The notes beneath the pieces were generated by a model, which was given only the letters and a program-made list of their open reading frames with translations, did not search any database and had not been told where the DNA came from. Position numbers and translations under genes: made by a program. From NCBI GenBank assembly GCA_038523235.1, contig JBCBJQ010000040.1, positions 1-48,430 of the forward strand: a stretch of 48,430 nucleotides of DNA. Reading direction: 5' to 3'. The first letter of the stretch is position 1. The number at the start of each line of letters is the position of its first letter. Positions 1-9,934 of this stretch are shown here, in pieces. The DNA is from Cyanobacteria bacterium J06626_4. GTDB lineage: Bacteria; Cyanobacteriota; Cyanobacteriia; Phormidesmidales; Phormidesmidaceae.

Positions 1-82
1 TGAACTCATCAAAGCTTACCCCTCATGCCACATCCGAGGGGAAGCATTATGACTCATTGCATAACTGGGATGCACTCACTCT

Positions 83-931
83 TTATGGGCCGCTGTCTTT
101 CATTCGATTTCGACCTTCTGCACAGCAGGCTTTAGTATATTTCCTGATAGCTTGATGGGCTTCAGAGGCAATCTTTTTATTAATTTTGTGGTGACAGTTT
201 TAAGTATCTTCGGCGCAATTGGCTTTATCGTCGTCTCTGATATTTGGCTGAGCTTCAAAAACTCCGATCGACAAATTACGCTGACCACCAAGATTATTCT
301 GTACTCAACATTCAGCGTTTTGATTTTCGGCTGGGTCTATCTCTTCTTTGCCGATGCCTCCATGACCGAGCTGCCGTTGGGCGAGCGTCTTTTGTCATCG
401 TGGTTTCAGTCGATGACGGCCATGACCACGGTGGGATTCAACACGCACCCCATTGAGAATTTGGTGGCTAGTTCGGTGCTGCTCATGCTCATATTGATGA
501 TTATTGGGGCTTCGCCGTCAGGCACCGGGGGCGGCTTAAAAACCACCTCAGTCTCTGCTGCGATCGGTGCCGTTTGGGCCACACTGCGGGGACAACCGGA
601 CGTCACCATCAGTCAGCGGCGGATTCCAGTGAGTAGTCTCACGAGCGCCTTTGCGGCAGTGATGTTCTACCTTTTAATGTTTTTAGCGGGTAGTCTCTGT
701 CTGTTGATGCTGCAGGGACAAGCTTTCGAAGACGTGCTGTTTGAGGCAGCCTCTGCTCTAGGAACAGTGGGGCTATCGCGAGGCATTACCGGCGACCTAA
801 CGCCGTTAGGCAAGTTAGTCGTGATCGTGCTGATGTTTATCGGGCGAGTCGGCCCCATGACCTTTGGCTTAGCCTTGTTTAAACAGCCGGTAAAAGACTT
901 ACAGCTCGACGAAGAGGATATCGCGCTGTAA
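83..931 (+). pseudogene. ktrB: TrkH/KtrB-family K+ transporter membrane subunit, 5'-truncated (C-terminal ~60%)
   Basis: Pore motifs present: FHSISTFCTAGFS (in frame upstream of the ORF-track start, from ~83), TAMTTVGFNT, IGASPSGTGGGLKTT and SALGTVGLSRGIT. In-frame stops at 50-52 (TGA) and 62-64 (TAA) mean the N-terminal part is not contiguous. Confidence 0.8.
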
Positions 932-942
932 GTCGGTATTCA

Positions 943-1045
943 CGCGATCGCTGCCAGAGCGGCAATCCCTCTGACAGCGATCGCGAAAATAGCCATAAAA
1001 AGCAGACGTGCAGCCGCGAGGCCACTCTGCAGATGCACGCCTGCT
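943..1045. terminator. Two GC-rich hairpins between convergent genes
   Basis: Inverted repeats at 943-959/969-985 (16/17, both arms contain HIP1) and 1001-1012/1034-1045 (11/12). No clear U-tract. Confidence 0.4.
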
Positions 1046-1083
1046 GAAACCAGAGCACATCTCCCAAGTCGGCGACTGACCTG

Positions 1084-1674
1084 CTACCCACGTTGAGGAT
1101 ACAGCCAGCGATAAAACAATCGGGTCAGGCGCGGCATGATCACATAGGTGAGTAAGACAACCGTTATCGCGGTCACGATGAGCGCTCTGAGCAACGGCGG
1201 CAAACCACTCAAAACAGGCGCTAGTAATCGGCTGAGCAGTTGCACCACGATGAAGACCGCCCCCGTCGTCAAGCAGGCCATTTTGTAACGTTTTGGCGGG
1301 GTTTGCACGAGCTTGCCAGGCAGGGTAAACCAGGTTTCCAAACCGGTGAGCACCTCCACCTTTTCATCCCTTTGAATCAACGGTTTGGCCTGTGCCAAAC
1401 AATGCTGACGCTCAGGGGAATCGAGCCACTGCTGCAAATATCGATAGCAGTCAAACTTGAGGATGATGACATATTCGGGGCAAACAGAATCTTGGGGCCG
1501 CATAAAGGTCACACCGGCATGGCCGGGAAACTGTCGAGCCACTTGGGAAATCTGGCGCAACCACTGCTCATAGGCCGGTTCGCTGCCTGGCTTAATCAAG
1601 TGTTTGATCACCGCTGTGACCTGCTGTTTATCAGTATCTAAAACGCGTTCCGGCGTCATACTGTCCCCGTTCAT
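1084..1674 (-). CDS. Antibiotic-biosynthesis-monooxygenase (ABM)-like protein with C-terminal membrane helices
   Basis: VIKHLIKPGSEPAYEQW...FPGH...WLDSPERQ...TGLETWF pattern followed by two hydrophobic helices. Confidence 0.75.
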   Translation of the reverse strand: MNGDSMTPERVLDTDKQQVTAVIKHLIKPGSEPAYEQWLRQISQVARQFPGHAGVTFMRPQDSVCPEYVIILKFDCYRYLQQWLDSPERQHCLAQAKPLIQRDEKVEVLTGLETWFTLPGKLVQTPPKRYKMACLTTGAVFIVVQLLSRLLAPVLSGLPPLLRALIVTAITVVLLTYVIMPRLTRLFYRWLYPQRG

Positions 1675-1988
1675 GATTTACACCACCCTTGCATAGTTCA
1701 CATCGGTCAAGTCATCGTATCGACCGCACCACGGGCATGATTGTAGAGTGATCCATGATTTAGAGTCTGCTGTCTGGCGATCAATCAGATACAGGTGCGG
1801 TATGCAGCGACGCATCTCAAAGGGTCTGCCGGATTGCACCGCCTTGTCCAGCCGGTTGAGCCATGCTGAGTCCCGGCGATGAAGGGTGATGGTCAGTCAA
1901 GCAATTGCTGTACGGCCCACTGGCGATCGCCCCAGCGCCAATCCACCCGGCAAATGACGTAACATCGAGCTTTAGACCGCTGTTCCCG

Positions 1989-2789
1989 ATGACCCTTCAA
2001 CCCCTGACTCTCCCCTTTCCAGCCGAATACATGGTGACTGAGTTCGACGCCCTCGGCTACAGCCGCCGCTGCATAGTGGGAACGGCAGTCTTAGTGGGGG
2101 GCTATGCGCTCGCGATCGCCCACATCATTCCCCCCGTCGCGCTACCCCTCATGGTGCTGCTGGTGCTGCCCCGCTGGATGATCAACGTCCACGAATTGCT
2201 GCATATCTATGACGAACAGCAGCTCAACCGGTTTATTTGCCTGATGGGGGTCAGCCCAGTGCCGTTGTCGGTGCTTTCTCTCAGCTATGGTGAAATTCGC
2301 ACACAGCACTTTGCCCACCATGCGGCACCGGCCCATGGGAGTGACCCGGATTTGTATCATATTCAAGGCAACTGGGGACAAGCAATTTTTAACGCTTTTA
2401 CCTCACCGGAACAAAGTGCCCTACGGTGGATTAACCGTCACGGGCTGACCCCACAGTTAGTCTTTGACCTCGCTATCAAACTGACAGTCTTAGTTACCCT
2501 CGCCGTCCTCGGCGGCTCGGTATTTATCTGGTTTTGGCTGTCGCTGCGACTGGTCTATGGGTTAGGTGATCTCGCCTTCTTTCGGTTGGTGCATCATCAA
2601 CGCGGGGAGTACGGCACCTTTAGCCTGCCGTGGCCGTTATGGGCCGTTCAGCTGAGCACCCTCATCTTTGGGGCAACCGTCACTAACGCCACCCTCAACC
2701 ACGACGTGCATCATCAAAATCCCTATCTGGCGGCTCGGGCTTTACCTGCCGCCGCGATCGTTCACACCGGTAGCATGACGTCGGACTAA
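1989..2789 (+). CDS. Membrane fatty-acid desaturase/hydroxylase superfamily protein, substrate unknown
   Basis: Three His boxes (HELLH, HFAHH, HDVHH) and hydrophobic segments. ATG at 1989 chosen over TTG at 1905. Confidence 0.75.
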   Translation: MTLQPLTLPFPAEYMVTEFDALGYSRRCIVGTAVLVGGYALAIAHIIPPVALPLMVLLVLPRWMINVHELLHIYDEQQLNRFICLMGVSPVPLSVLSLSYGEIRTQHFAHHAAPAHGSDPDLYHIQGNWGQAIFNAFTSPEQSALRWINRHGLTPQLVFDLAIKLTVLVTLAVLGGSVFIWFWLSLRLVYGLGDLAFFRLVHHQRGEYGTFSLPWPLWAVQLSTLIFGATVTNATLNHDVHHQNPYLAARALPAAAIVHTGSMTSD

Positions 2790-2947
2790 GCGATCACTGC
2801 TATGGAGATCATGACGCTGACACGCTCTTGCAAATTCTCAATCAGACCCAGCGGCTTCAGACCTGACAAACCTGAGACCATCAGAAGTGAAATCCAGTGA
2901 TAAACTCCTAGCCAGCCAGCAATTTTCTCTAGGAGAGACTAATCGGC

Positions 2948-3409
2948 ATGAGCCAAGACTATCTCAATAACTGTGTGCCAAAAGCTGCTCGACACTTACC
3001 CCAGCATCGTCTAGAGGCCGCCAAAGCAGACTTTGCTAGCATTGACCTCAACAAAGATTGCAAAATTGAGTTAGAAGAATTTCTAGCCTTTGCTCTAGCC
3101 AAAGAAATCAAGCGTTTAATGTCGAGGTTTCAGTCAATTGACTCTGACAAAGACGGGGTTATTGAGTTTGAGGAGTTTTTAGCCGTTTCGGTGCCCCATT
3201 ACGTCTTGCTCAAAAAGTTTGCCGAATTTGACGCAAATGACAATGGCCTGCTATCTACCAAAGAAGTGTTTGAAATTATTGATAAGTTAGTCATTCCGCT
3301 AGACCGGGCTGAGCTGACTGCCGAACTCAAAAAAATCGATCGCGATCAAGACGGTTTAGTCTCCTATGAGGAGCTTCTAGGCGTCGTTGTCCACCACGGC
3401 CTGCAGTAG
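2948..3409 (+). CDS. Calmodulin-like protein with four EF-hands
   Basis: Loops DLNKDCKIELEE, DSDKDGVIEFEE, DANDNGLLSTKE and DRDQDGLVSYEE. AGGAGAG RBS upstream. Confidence 0.85.
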   Translation: MSQDYLNNCVPKAARHLPQHRLEAAKADFASIDLNKDCKIELEEFLAFALAKEIKRLMSRFQSIDSDKDGVIEFEEFLAVSVPHYVLLKKFAEFDANDNGLLSTKEVFEIIDKLVIPLDRAELTAELKKIDRDQDGLVSYEELLGVVVHHGLQ

Positions 3410-3440
3410 TTTTGACTGTTCATGCTACTTAAAAACGGGG

Positions 3441-3467
3441 AGGGAAGGGCCAGGGCTCTTCCCTTTT
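3441..3467 (+). terminator. Intrinsic terminator after the EF-hand gene
   Basis: agggaagggcc-ag-ggctcttccct hairpin followed by T's. Confidence 0.55.
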
Positions 3468-3759
3468 GGTTCTATCAAATCGGTTGACATCAACCAGCTC
3501 AAGGATGTGTTTTAGCGTCTCAGACCTCCAGACAGACGGTGCTAAAGGTCAAGAAAGGCTTGGTTGGCAGAGCCATTTTCTAGAAAAAGATCGCGTCCAT
3601 CCCCATCACGACGGCACTCAAGCAACATTGGCTAAGCACAGTGATTCACGCAGTCCCTCCCGGCGGGACAAAGCTGGCGGCCGGATGATTTATAGAATTG
3701 GTATTGCACCTCACAACGGGGCTAAAAAAAGCCGGTCAATGCTTGAGGACTCACACAAC

Positions 3760-3795
3760 TATCCCCTTACAGAAACGATTTTCCGTAAGGGGATA
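3760..3795. terminator. Strong hairpin downstream of the minus-strand gene at 3871-4152
   Basis: tatccccttacagaaa / tttccgtaaggggata, 15/16 inverted repeat with a 4-nt loop. Confidence 0.5.
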
Positions 3796-3870
3796 ATACT
3801 TCAGCAGAGAGTATTCAAAATCTTAATCGTGATGCTGGCCGTCACCATTAAAACCTGCGAGCGTAACCAG

Positions 3871-4152
3871 CTAGTCGATGCGCTCTAGCTGCCAAAGAAT
3901 TTGATTCCCTTCGCGTCGCACCCGCGACACTGACCAATTACGCCACGCCCAATATTCACCTCGGCTGGTCACAGCACTGGCGTTAACATCCATCAAATCG
4001 GCCAGTTCTGAACTCGTAATCAGATACCCTTCTTTCGCGATCGCATCAGCAATCTTCAAAGTATCAATCATATTTCTCAATTGATTGACGCGCGCTTCTC
4101 GAGGTAAGTTCTCAGTCGTATCCAGTATCTCGCTCACACCTGAATCAGCCAT
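3871..4152 (-). CDS. Conserved cyanobacterial hypothetical protein, possibly HTH-like
   Basis: GYLITSSELADLMDVNASAVTSRG..W.WRNW..SRVRREGNQILWQ, recognised from memory as a conserved small cyanobacterial protein. Confidence 0.7.
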   Translation of the reverse strand: MADSGVSEILDTTENLPREARVNQLRNMIDTLKIADAIAKEGYLITSSELADLMDVNASAVTSRGEYWAWRNWSVSRVRREGNQILWQLERID

Positions 4153-4412
4153 AGGATTCCTTAGACAGGTCTGTAATTCATTCTAGGTCTTTGATTGCAA
4201 GGGGCCACGGGTCAAGTATCAGTCATTTCTTGAGGAACCAGTGACTTATCTCTATCTTTAAATTTACTTATTAGCCTAAAGTGCCGTGATCACGATTTTT
4301 TTTCAGCAGTGGGTAAATCATCTTTAGCGGTAAGTTGTGAACAATCCCTCGTTAAGTTGCGGATAGTGCTCAATGCTACCTGTGGGGACTGACTACAGCA
4401 CTAGTGGCACAG

Positions 4413-5132
4413 CTAAACATTCGACGCGTCAGATTTTGCCCAGGCGATCGCGGCGGGATGCTGGGTTAGATTGACATCTCGATTTAAGGAAAACGCGCGG
4501 GCGATCGTATCGCAGCGTTCGTTGCCTTCATTACCGGCATGGCCGCGCACATAAATCCACTGCACGGGGGCTCCGGTTTGCTGCGCCACTGCCTGGTTCA
4601 CTTCGTCCAGCTGCTGCCACAAATCTTTGTTGAGGACGGGCTTTTTAGCCGCCGTTTGCCAGCCGCGTCGCTTCCACCCGGCGATCCACTGGGTAATGCC
4701 TTTTTTGACATATTCGCTGTCGGTATACAGCTCGACGGGCGTCGTTTGCCCCGACGCCACAAAGAGTTGCAGACCAGCGATCGCGGCCTGCATTTCCATG
4801 CGGTTATTGGTGGTGGCGCGATCGGCCCCGCCCAGCTCGTGCTGCAAACCATCGGCCAGATATAGCACTGTGCCCCAGCCCCCCGGCCCCGGATTACCCG
4901 AGCAGGCCCCATCGGTATAAATCGCCTTAATGATGGGTAAACCACTTGCCGATTTGGCGGTATCCGCAGTCTTAGCCGACTTCTTTGGCACCGGTGTTGC
5001 TACCGATGGAGATGACGCCGCCACATCGGAGCTCGGTTTTGCTTTAAGAAATCTCAAAAAGTCCAAGACTTGGGCGGTCAACGAGTCAGATACGCCGTCA
5101 AGTTCTTGAATAAGTTGGTCTTTGGGGGTCAT
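4413..5132 (-). CDS. rnhA: Ribonuclease HI with ~65-aa N-terminal extension
   Basis: Motifs [51 protein letters not shown] and [14 protein letters not shown]. Confidence 0.95.
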   Translation of the reverse strand: MTPKDQLIQELDGVSDSLTAQVLDFLRFLKAKPSSDVAASSPSVATPVPKKSAKTADTAKSASGLPIIKAIYTDGACSGNPGPGGWGTVLYLADGLQHELGGADRATTNNRMEMQAAIAGLQLFVASGQTTPVELYTDSEYVKKGITQWIAGWKRRGWQTAAKKPVLNKDLWQQLDEVNQAVAQQTGAPVQWIYVRGHAGNEGNERCDTIARAFSLNRDVNLTQHPAAIAWAKSDASNV

Positions 5133-5335
5133 CAGGAGCCTAAATATCAGTCGCTCTCTCCATTAAAGCGCTCATTACCAACCCAGCACTTTTCAGTTGG
5201 GGTAGACCCGGTAGCTAGACACGATGGCCTAGAGGCATCGTCATCCTGAACTCAACAAAAACCCCCTGGAGAAACAGGGAGACGGTATTCTACGGAGCAG
5301 AGTATTTTACGGCTGAGGGGTAAGGACGACAGGCA

Positions 5336-6991
5336 ATGATCCTGAATTGGCGTAAGGAACCCAACCTGAAGCGGGTAGTGGCGATCGCGGGAGCCTTTTT
5401 CATCCTGCTCGCGGGGCTGCTGCTGCATCGCTATTTCACCTATTACGCCTCCTACGACCAGGGCATTTTTAACCAGGTCTTTTGGAACAACGCTCACGGC
5501 AACTTCTTTCAAAGCACGCTGTCATCGCAGCTTTCCACCGATGTGATTCATACCGGGGAGCTGCCACGGGTAGACTATCGCCGACTCGGGCAGCATTTCA
5601 CCCCGGCGCTGCTGATCTGGTGGCCGATTTATGCGCTGTTCCCCTCGCCGGTCACACTCTCAGTACTGCAGGCAGCGTTTGCCGCCATCGCGGGACTGCT
5701 GCTCTATCTCATTGCCCGTCAGCATTTAGAACAGCGGCTGTCGTTGGCCATCATGGTCAGCTTTTACGGGGCGATCGCCGTCCTCAACCCCTATCTGGCC
5801 AACTTTCACGATTTAGGCCAGATTCCCCTCTTGATCTTTGGGCTGCTGCTCGCGATGGAATATCGCCGCTGGTGGGTGTTTGGCCTACTGTGCTTAGCGA
5901 TTTTAGCCGTGCGCGAAGACAGTTCGATTGTGCTATTTGGCGTCGGGGCCTATCTGCTGGCGAGTCGTCGTCATCCGTGGGTAGGGGCGGCAGTCTGCGG
6001 GTTAAGCGTGGGCTATTTTGTGCTGGTGACAAACGTTTTCATGCCAATCTTTTCCGACGACATTTCCAAGCGCTTCATGATTGAGGAGTTTGGCCAATAT
6101 ATAGACGATACCGAGGCTTCAACCCTGCAGGTGCTGTGGGCCATGGTTAGCCAGCCAGGCCTGCTGCTACGGGAGCTGGTATCGCCACCGGGTGACACTC
6201 TGGCCTATTTGGCTGGTCACTGGTTACCCCTGGCGCTGATTCCCGCGCTGTCGCCAGCAGCGTGGATTATGGCGGGTCCCACACTGCTTAAACTGACGCT
6301 GACGGATGGCTCCTCAGGGTTAAATACCAGCCTGCGCTATGCCCTCAACGTGGTACCAGGGATGTTTTACGGAGCGATTATTTGGTGGGCGGGTCAGGGG
6401 TGGCGGCATTTTACCCAGCCGTTGAATGCGCTAACGCCGCGATCGCCCTCGCGTAATTTTCGCCGCTTTTGGACCGGCTGCCTCATCGTTTCCCTCGTGC
6501 TGGTACCGCTGACGAACCCCAGTCGGGCTTTTGCCTTTGTCGTGCCCGATTCATTTCAGCCCTGGGTGTACGTGCCGTTGCCGCTACAGTGGCAGCGTGC
6601 CCGCGAGATGAACTCGCTGCTGACGACGATTCCTCCCGAGGCGAGCGTCACCGCGACGACCTACCTCGTGCCTCACGTGTCGGGGCGACGGGCCGTGCTG
6701 CGGATGCCGATGACGGTATATCAAGATGATCAGGGAGCGGCCCAAACGGTAGATTACGTCGTCGCTGACTTTTGGCGACTGCGGCGTTATCAAGTGGCCT
6801 TTGGTCGCGATCGCGATCGGTTTGATACGTTTATGCCCGCCGTCAACAGTTGGATCGACAGCGGCGAGTACGGGCTAATTCGCGCCGACAATGGTGTCAT
6901 TCTGCTGCAGCGCGGGGTGACGTCTGATCCCGCAGCGACGACAGACTGGCAAGCCTTTCTCGCCGAACAGGAACCGTCTCAGCCGCTATAG
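5336..6991 (+). CDS. DUF2079-family polytopic membrane protein (GT-C-like)
   Basis: YDQGIFNQVFWN...RLGQHFTP...NFHD...REDS motifs; many transmembrane segments. Confidence 0.8.
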   Translation: MILNWRKEPNLKRVVAIAGAFFILLAGLLLHRYFTYYASYDQGIFNQVFWNNAHGNFFQSTLSSQLSTDVIHTGELPRVDYRRLGQHFTPALLIWWPIYALFPSPVTLSVLQAAFAAIAGLLLYLIARQHLEQRLSLAIMVSFYGAIAVLNPYLANFHDLGQIPLLIFGLLLAMEYRRWWVFGLLCLAILAVREDSSIVLFGVGAYLLASRRHPWVGAAVCGLSVGYFVLVTNVFMPIFSDDISKRFMIEEFGQYIDDTEASTLQVLWAMVSQPGLLLRELVSPPGDTLAYLAGHWLPLALIPALSPAAWIMAGPTLLKLTLTDGSSGLNTSLRYALNVVPGMFYGAIIWWAGQGWRHFTQPLNALTPRSPSRNFRRFWTGCLIVSLVLVPLTNPSRAFAFVVPDSFQPWVYVPLPLQWQRAREMNSLLTTIPPEASVTATTYLVPHVSGRRAVLRMPMTVYQDDQGAAQTVDYVVADFWRLRRYQVAFGRDRDRFDTFMPAVNSWIDSGEYGLIRADNGVILLQRGVTSDPAATTDWQAFLAEQEPSQPL

Positions 6992-7099
6992 CGCCTGTCA
7001 CCAGTGAGTTACCAAACCCTTGTAAAACCCGCCTTCTCGCGCCCGCACTACCAACGCCGGTTAGGGGCTGAAACCGTTGCAGTATATCCATTAAGTCAC

Positions 7100-7218
7100 T
7101 AATACCAGTTCGACAAATTACAGCTACACATACAAGTCGGCTTCGACTTCGCTCAGCCGACGTTCCTTGAGCGGAGCCGAAAGGAAGATCTGTAGTCCAG
7201 TTTCAGAGAATTGGTATA
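7100..7218 (+). repeat. Dispersed MITE-like repeat, family A, copy 1
   Basis: Arms taataccagttcgacaaattacagctacacat and atctgtagtccagtttcagagaattggtata around a REP-like core (cttcgacttcgctcagccgacg-ttcc-ttgagcggagccgaaag). Closely matches 39667-39835. Confidence 0.85.
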
Positions 7219-7397
7219 ACTGATGCCAGCCCTGCGTCTTTATCCCGATTCTCTGGCATCAGACGACACATCTCGCCCCTCTGCTCCCCTGTCCCTTCGC
7301 CCTGCTACTCCCCCGCATTTCTCAGCTTGCATTGGGAGTCCGATCAGTGAGAATGAGGATTAACCCGTCTTGCCCATCCCCCCGGTATCTTAGAGCT

Positions 7398-9371
7398 ATG
7401 GGATATGAGCCGCTGCACCACAAATATCGACCGCAAACCTTCACGCAACTGGTGGGGCAGGATGCGATCGCCCAAACGTTGAGCCATGCCTTAGAACAGC
7501 AGCGGATTGCCCCAGCCTATCTATTCTGTGGCCCGCGCGGCACGGGCAAAACCTCAAGCGCCCGAATTTTAGCGAAATCGCTGAACTGTTTGACCTACGA
7601 CACGCCAAACCCGCAGCCCTGTGGCCAGTGCGAGGTCTGCCTGGGCGTCAACAATGGCTCCATTCTCGACATTGTGGAAATCGACGCCGCTAGCAACACC
7701 GGCGTCGATAACATTCGCGAACTGATTGAGCGCGCCCAGTTTGCGCCGGTGCAGTGTCGCTACAAAGTCTATGTGGTGGATGAGTGCCACATGCTGAGCA
7801 CTGCCGCGTTCAATGCCCTACTAAAAACGTTGGAAGAACCGCCGGATCGGGTAATTTTCGTCCTCGCTACCACCGATCCGCAGCGCGTATTGCCGACGAT
7901 CATCTCTCGCTGTCAGCGGTTTGATTTTCGCCGCATTCCCCTCGAAGCGATGGTCAGCCACTTGACCACGATCGCCCAGCAGGAGGCGATCGACATTACC
8001 GATGATGCCCTCCGGCTGGTGGCGCAGGTGGCCCAAGGCGGGCTGCGCGATGCCGAAAGTCTGCTGGATCAGCTCAGTCTGCTTGCCCCACCCATCACGG
8101 CTGAAAAAGTATGGGACTTGGTGGGGGCAGTGCCCGAGCGCGATTTGCTGGCGCTAGTGCAGGCGATCGCCGCTGATGACAGCATCACCACGCTCGATAC
8201 GGTGCGCCGCCTGATGGATCGGGGCCGCGAGCCAATGATTGTGCTGCAAAATCTGGCGGGCTTTTATCGCGACCTGATTATTGCCAAAACGGCGGGCAAT
8301 CGCGCCGATCTCGTCCCCGTAACACCGCCCACCTGGGAAGCCATGAAAACTTTTGCCCAGTCCGTGGCACTGCCGCTGCTGCTGACCGGCCAAAAGACTC
8401 TGCGCGAAGCCGAAACTCAGCTGCGCAACACCACTCAGCCGCGACTGTGGCTAGAGGTGACCTTAATGAATTTGCTGCCATCGGCGCAGGTCTCAGCCGG
8501 GGTGGGGGCGATCTCTGCCCCACCGATTCCAGCGCGATCGGCAGCACCGGTGCCCACCCCAATTTCGCCCCCAGCCCCACCACCAGTGGCACCGGCAATT
8601 CCCACCTCAACACCGCCGCCGACCGTGCCCACCGCATCGCCCCAGCCAACACCCACTGCGGCCGAGACTCAACCTCCCAAGTCCCAGCCACCGAGTGAAC
8701 CGGCTGCGGAACCGCCCGCGATCGCCGAACCCACCGGTGATGTATCAACAACGGACAACACAGCGACCACGCCCGCCGAACTGGTCGCCACTTGGGCCCA
8801 GGTCATCGCCAATCTGCAGCCTATGGGCACCCGAGCATTACTGCAGCAGCAGGGCCACCTGATCCACTACGACGGACGCGTGGCCCGCATTGGCATCAAA
8901 TCTAAGCCGCTATTCAAAATGGCGCAGGGCCGCGTGGCCAATATTGAAGCAGCCTTTGAGCAATTATTTAGCCAACCGGTCAAAGTCACCTTAGAGGTCG
9001 CCGACGCCCCGCCAGACAGTCCATCGTCGGGGGCCGGATCTGGCCCCTCACCGGCCCCGCTATCCCTGGGTGGCGGGGCCGCAGCCACACCGACCCCATA
9101 CCAGCCCCCAGCCACACCGTATCGGCCTGCCACTAGTTCAGCAGCGAGCCCACCGCCCGCCGCATCGCCCACTGCCACACCAGCAGCAGATTGGCAGCCC
9201 AGCACCGATTTAGATCGAGCGGTCAAAAGTTTTGCCGAGTTTTTTAACGGCCAAATCGTCAACCTAGATGATGACGAAAATGAGGAGGCCGCGCGCGAGC
9301 AGAACGGTCAGTCCTCTAAAGGGGATAAGCCCAAGCCCTCTTCGTCTCCCGGCAGCGACGTGCCGTTTTAA
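7398..9371 (+). CDS. dnaX: DNA polymerase III subunit gamma/tau
   Basis: HHKYRPQTF, Walker A GPRGTGKTS, Zn cysteines, EIDAASNTGVD, DECHML and SRCQRF. Pro/Ala-rich linkers. Start placed at ATG 7398. Confidence 0.97.
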   Translation: MGYEPLHHKYRPQTFTQLVGQDAIAQTLSHALEQQRIAPAYLFCGPRGTGKTSSARILAKSLNCLTYDTPNPQPCGQCEVCLGVNNGSILDIVEIDAASNTGVDNIRELIERAQFAPVQCRYKVYVVDECHMLSTAAFNALLKTLEEPPDRVIFVLATTDPQRVLPTIISRCQRFDFRRIPLEAMVSHLTTIAQQEAIDITDDALRLVAQVAQGGLRDAESLLDQLSLLAPPITAEKVWDLVGAVPERDLLALVQAIAADDSITTLDTVRRLMDRGREPMIVLQNLAGFYRDLIIAKTAGNRADLVPVTPPTWEAMKTFAQSVALPLLLTGQKTLREAETQLRNTTQPRLWLEVTLMNLLPSAQVSAGVGAISAPPIPARSAAPVPTPISPPAPPPVAPAIPTSTPPPTVPTASPQPTPTAAETQPPKSQPPSEPAAEPPAIAEPTGDVSTTDNTATTPAELVATWAQVIANLQPMGTRALLQQQGHLIHYDGRVARIGIKSKPLFKMAQGRVANIEAAFEQLFSQPVKVTLEVADAPPDSPSSGAGSGPSPAPLSLGGGAAATPTPYQPPATPYRPATSSAASPPPAASPTATPAADWQPSTDLDRAVKSFAEFFNGQIVNLDDDENEEAAREQNGQSSKGDKPKPSSSPGSDVPF

Positions 9372-9718
9372 CCAAAGGTCTTACCGCTCCAGCCCCACAT
9401 GGCGCCAGCAGCATCGGCGAACTCGATATAGGTGCGGTTTTGGGGCACGCCCAGCGCTCCTTCTATCTGAGCACAAAAGTCTTGGCTCATGGTTTTGGTT
9501 TTAGCGCCCATGGTGCCGACGCTTTTAATTTCGATGTAGCAAACGGGATCAGTCGAGCCGCCAAAGGTCATCGGCACGTCCCCTTCAAACGCGGTCATCA
9601 CGTAGGATTCGGGCTTACCCAAGTGCGTTGCCAGGCTGCTGGATAGCGCCTTTAACATCGCCTCAACATCCGCTTTATCCGGGGTCGGCAGCGAAGTTTG
9701 AACCTTAATCAGGGGCAT
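9368..9718 (-). CDS. MIF/phenylpyruvate tautomerase-family protein
   Basis: N-terminal (M)PLIKVQT gives the catalytic Pro1; GKPESYVM, IEIKSVG and WGW motifs. Confidence 0.9.
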   Translation of the reverse strand: MPLIKVQTSLPTPDKADVEAMLKALSSSLATHLGKPESYVMTAFEGDVPMTFGGSTDPVCYIEIKSVGTMGAKTKTMSQDFCAQIEGALGVPQNRTYIEFADAAGAMWGWSGKTFG

Positions 9719-9934
9719 CGGTTTCAAGCTCTCAGACAGGACAGTTCTATCAAACCAGGGATGGCAGGATTGGGAAAGGGGATACCGAATTGCCCTCCCG
9801 CCAAATAAAATTCACTAGACTTCAGTTAATGGAAAACAAGTTCATGATAGTATTTAGTCTATGAATTGTGGCGCCTTATGTTTGAGCTTTGCTCTCTAGC
9901 TTCCATCCCCCTATTCACCGATCGCCGACTATTC

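Noticed and set aside
3466..3888. 140-aa + strand ORF
   Set aside because: TTG start, no motifs, and it runs through hairpins and a repeat remnant. Probably spurious.
7100..7218. Repeats as a possible CRISPR array or tRNA
   Set aside because: No regularly spaced repeat-spacer units, no cas genes, and no cloverleaf or T-loop/CCA features.
7270..7320. Pyrimidine-rich ctcccctg-like degenerate tandem repeats (also 46110-46160)
   Set aside because: Too degenerate to define a unit. They resemble ordinary cyanobacterial short tandem repeats.
7398..9371. Possible intein in the long dnaX
   Set aside because: The VVDECHMLS region is uninterrupted. The extra length comes from Pro/Ala-rich low-complexity linkers, with no intein motifs.
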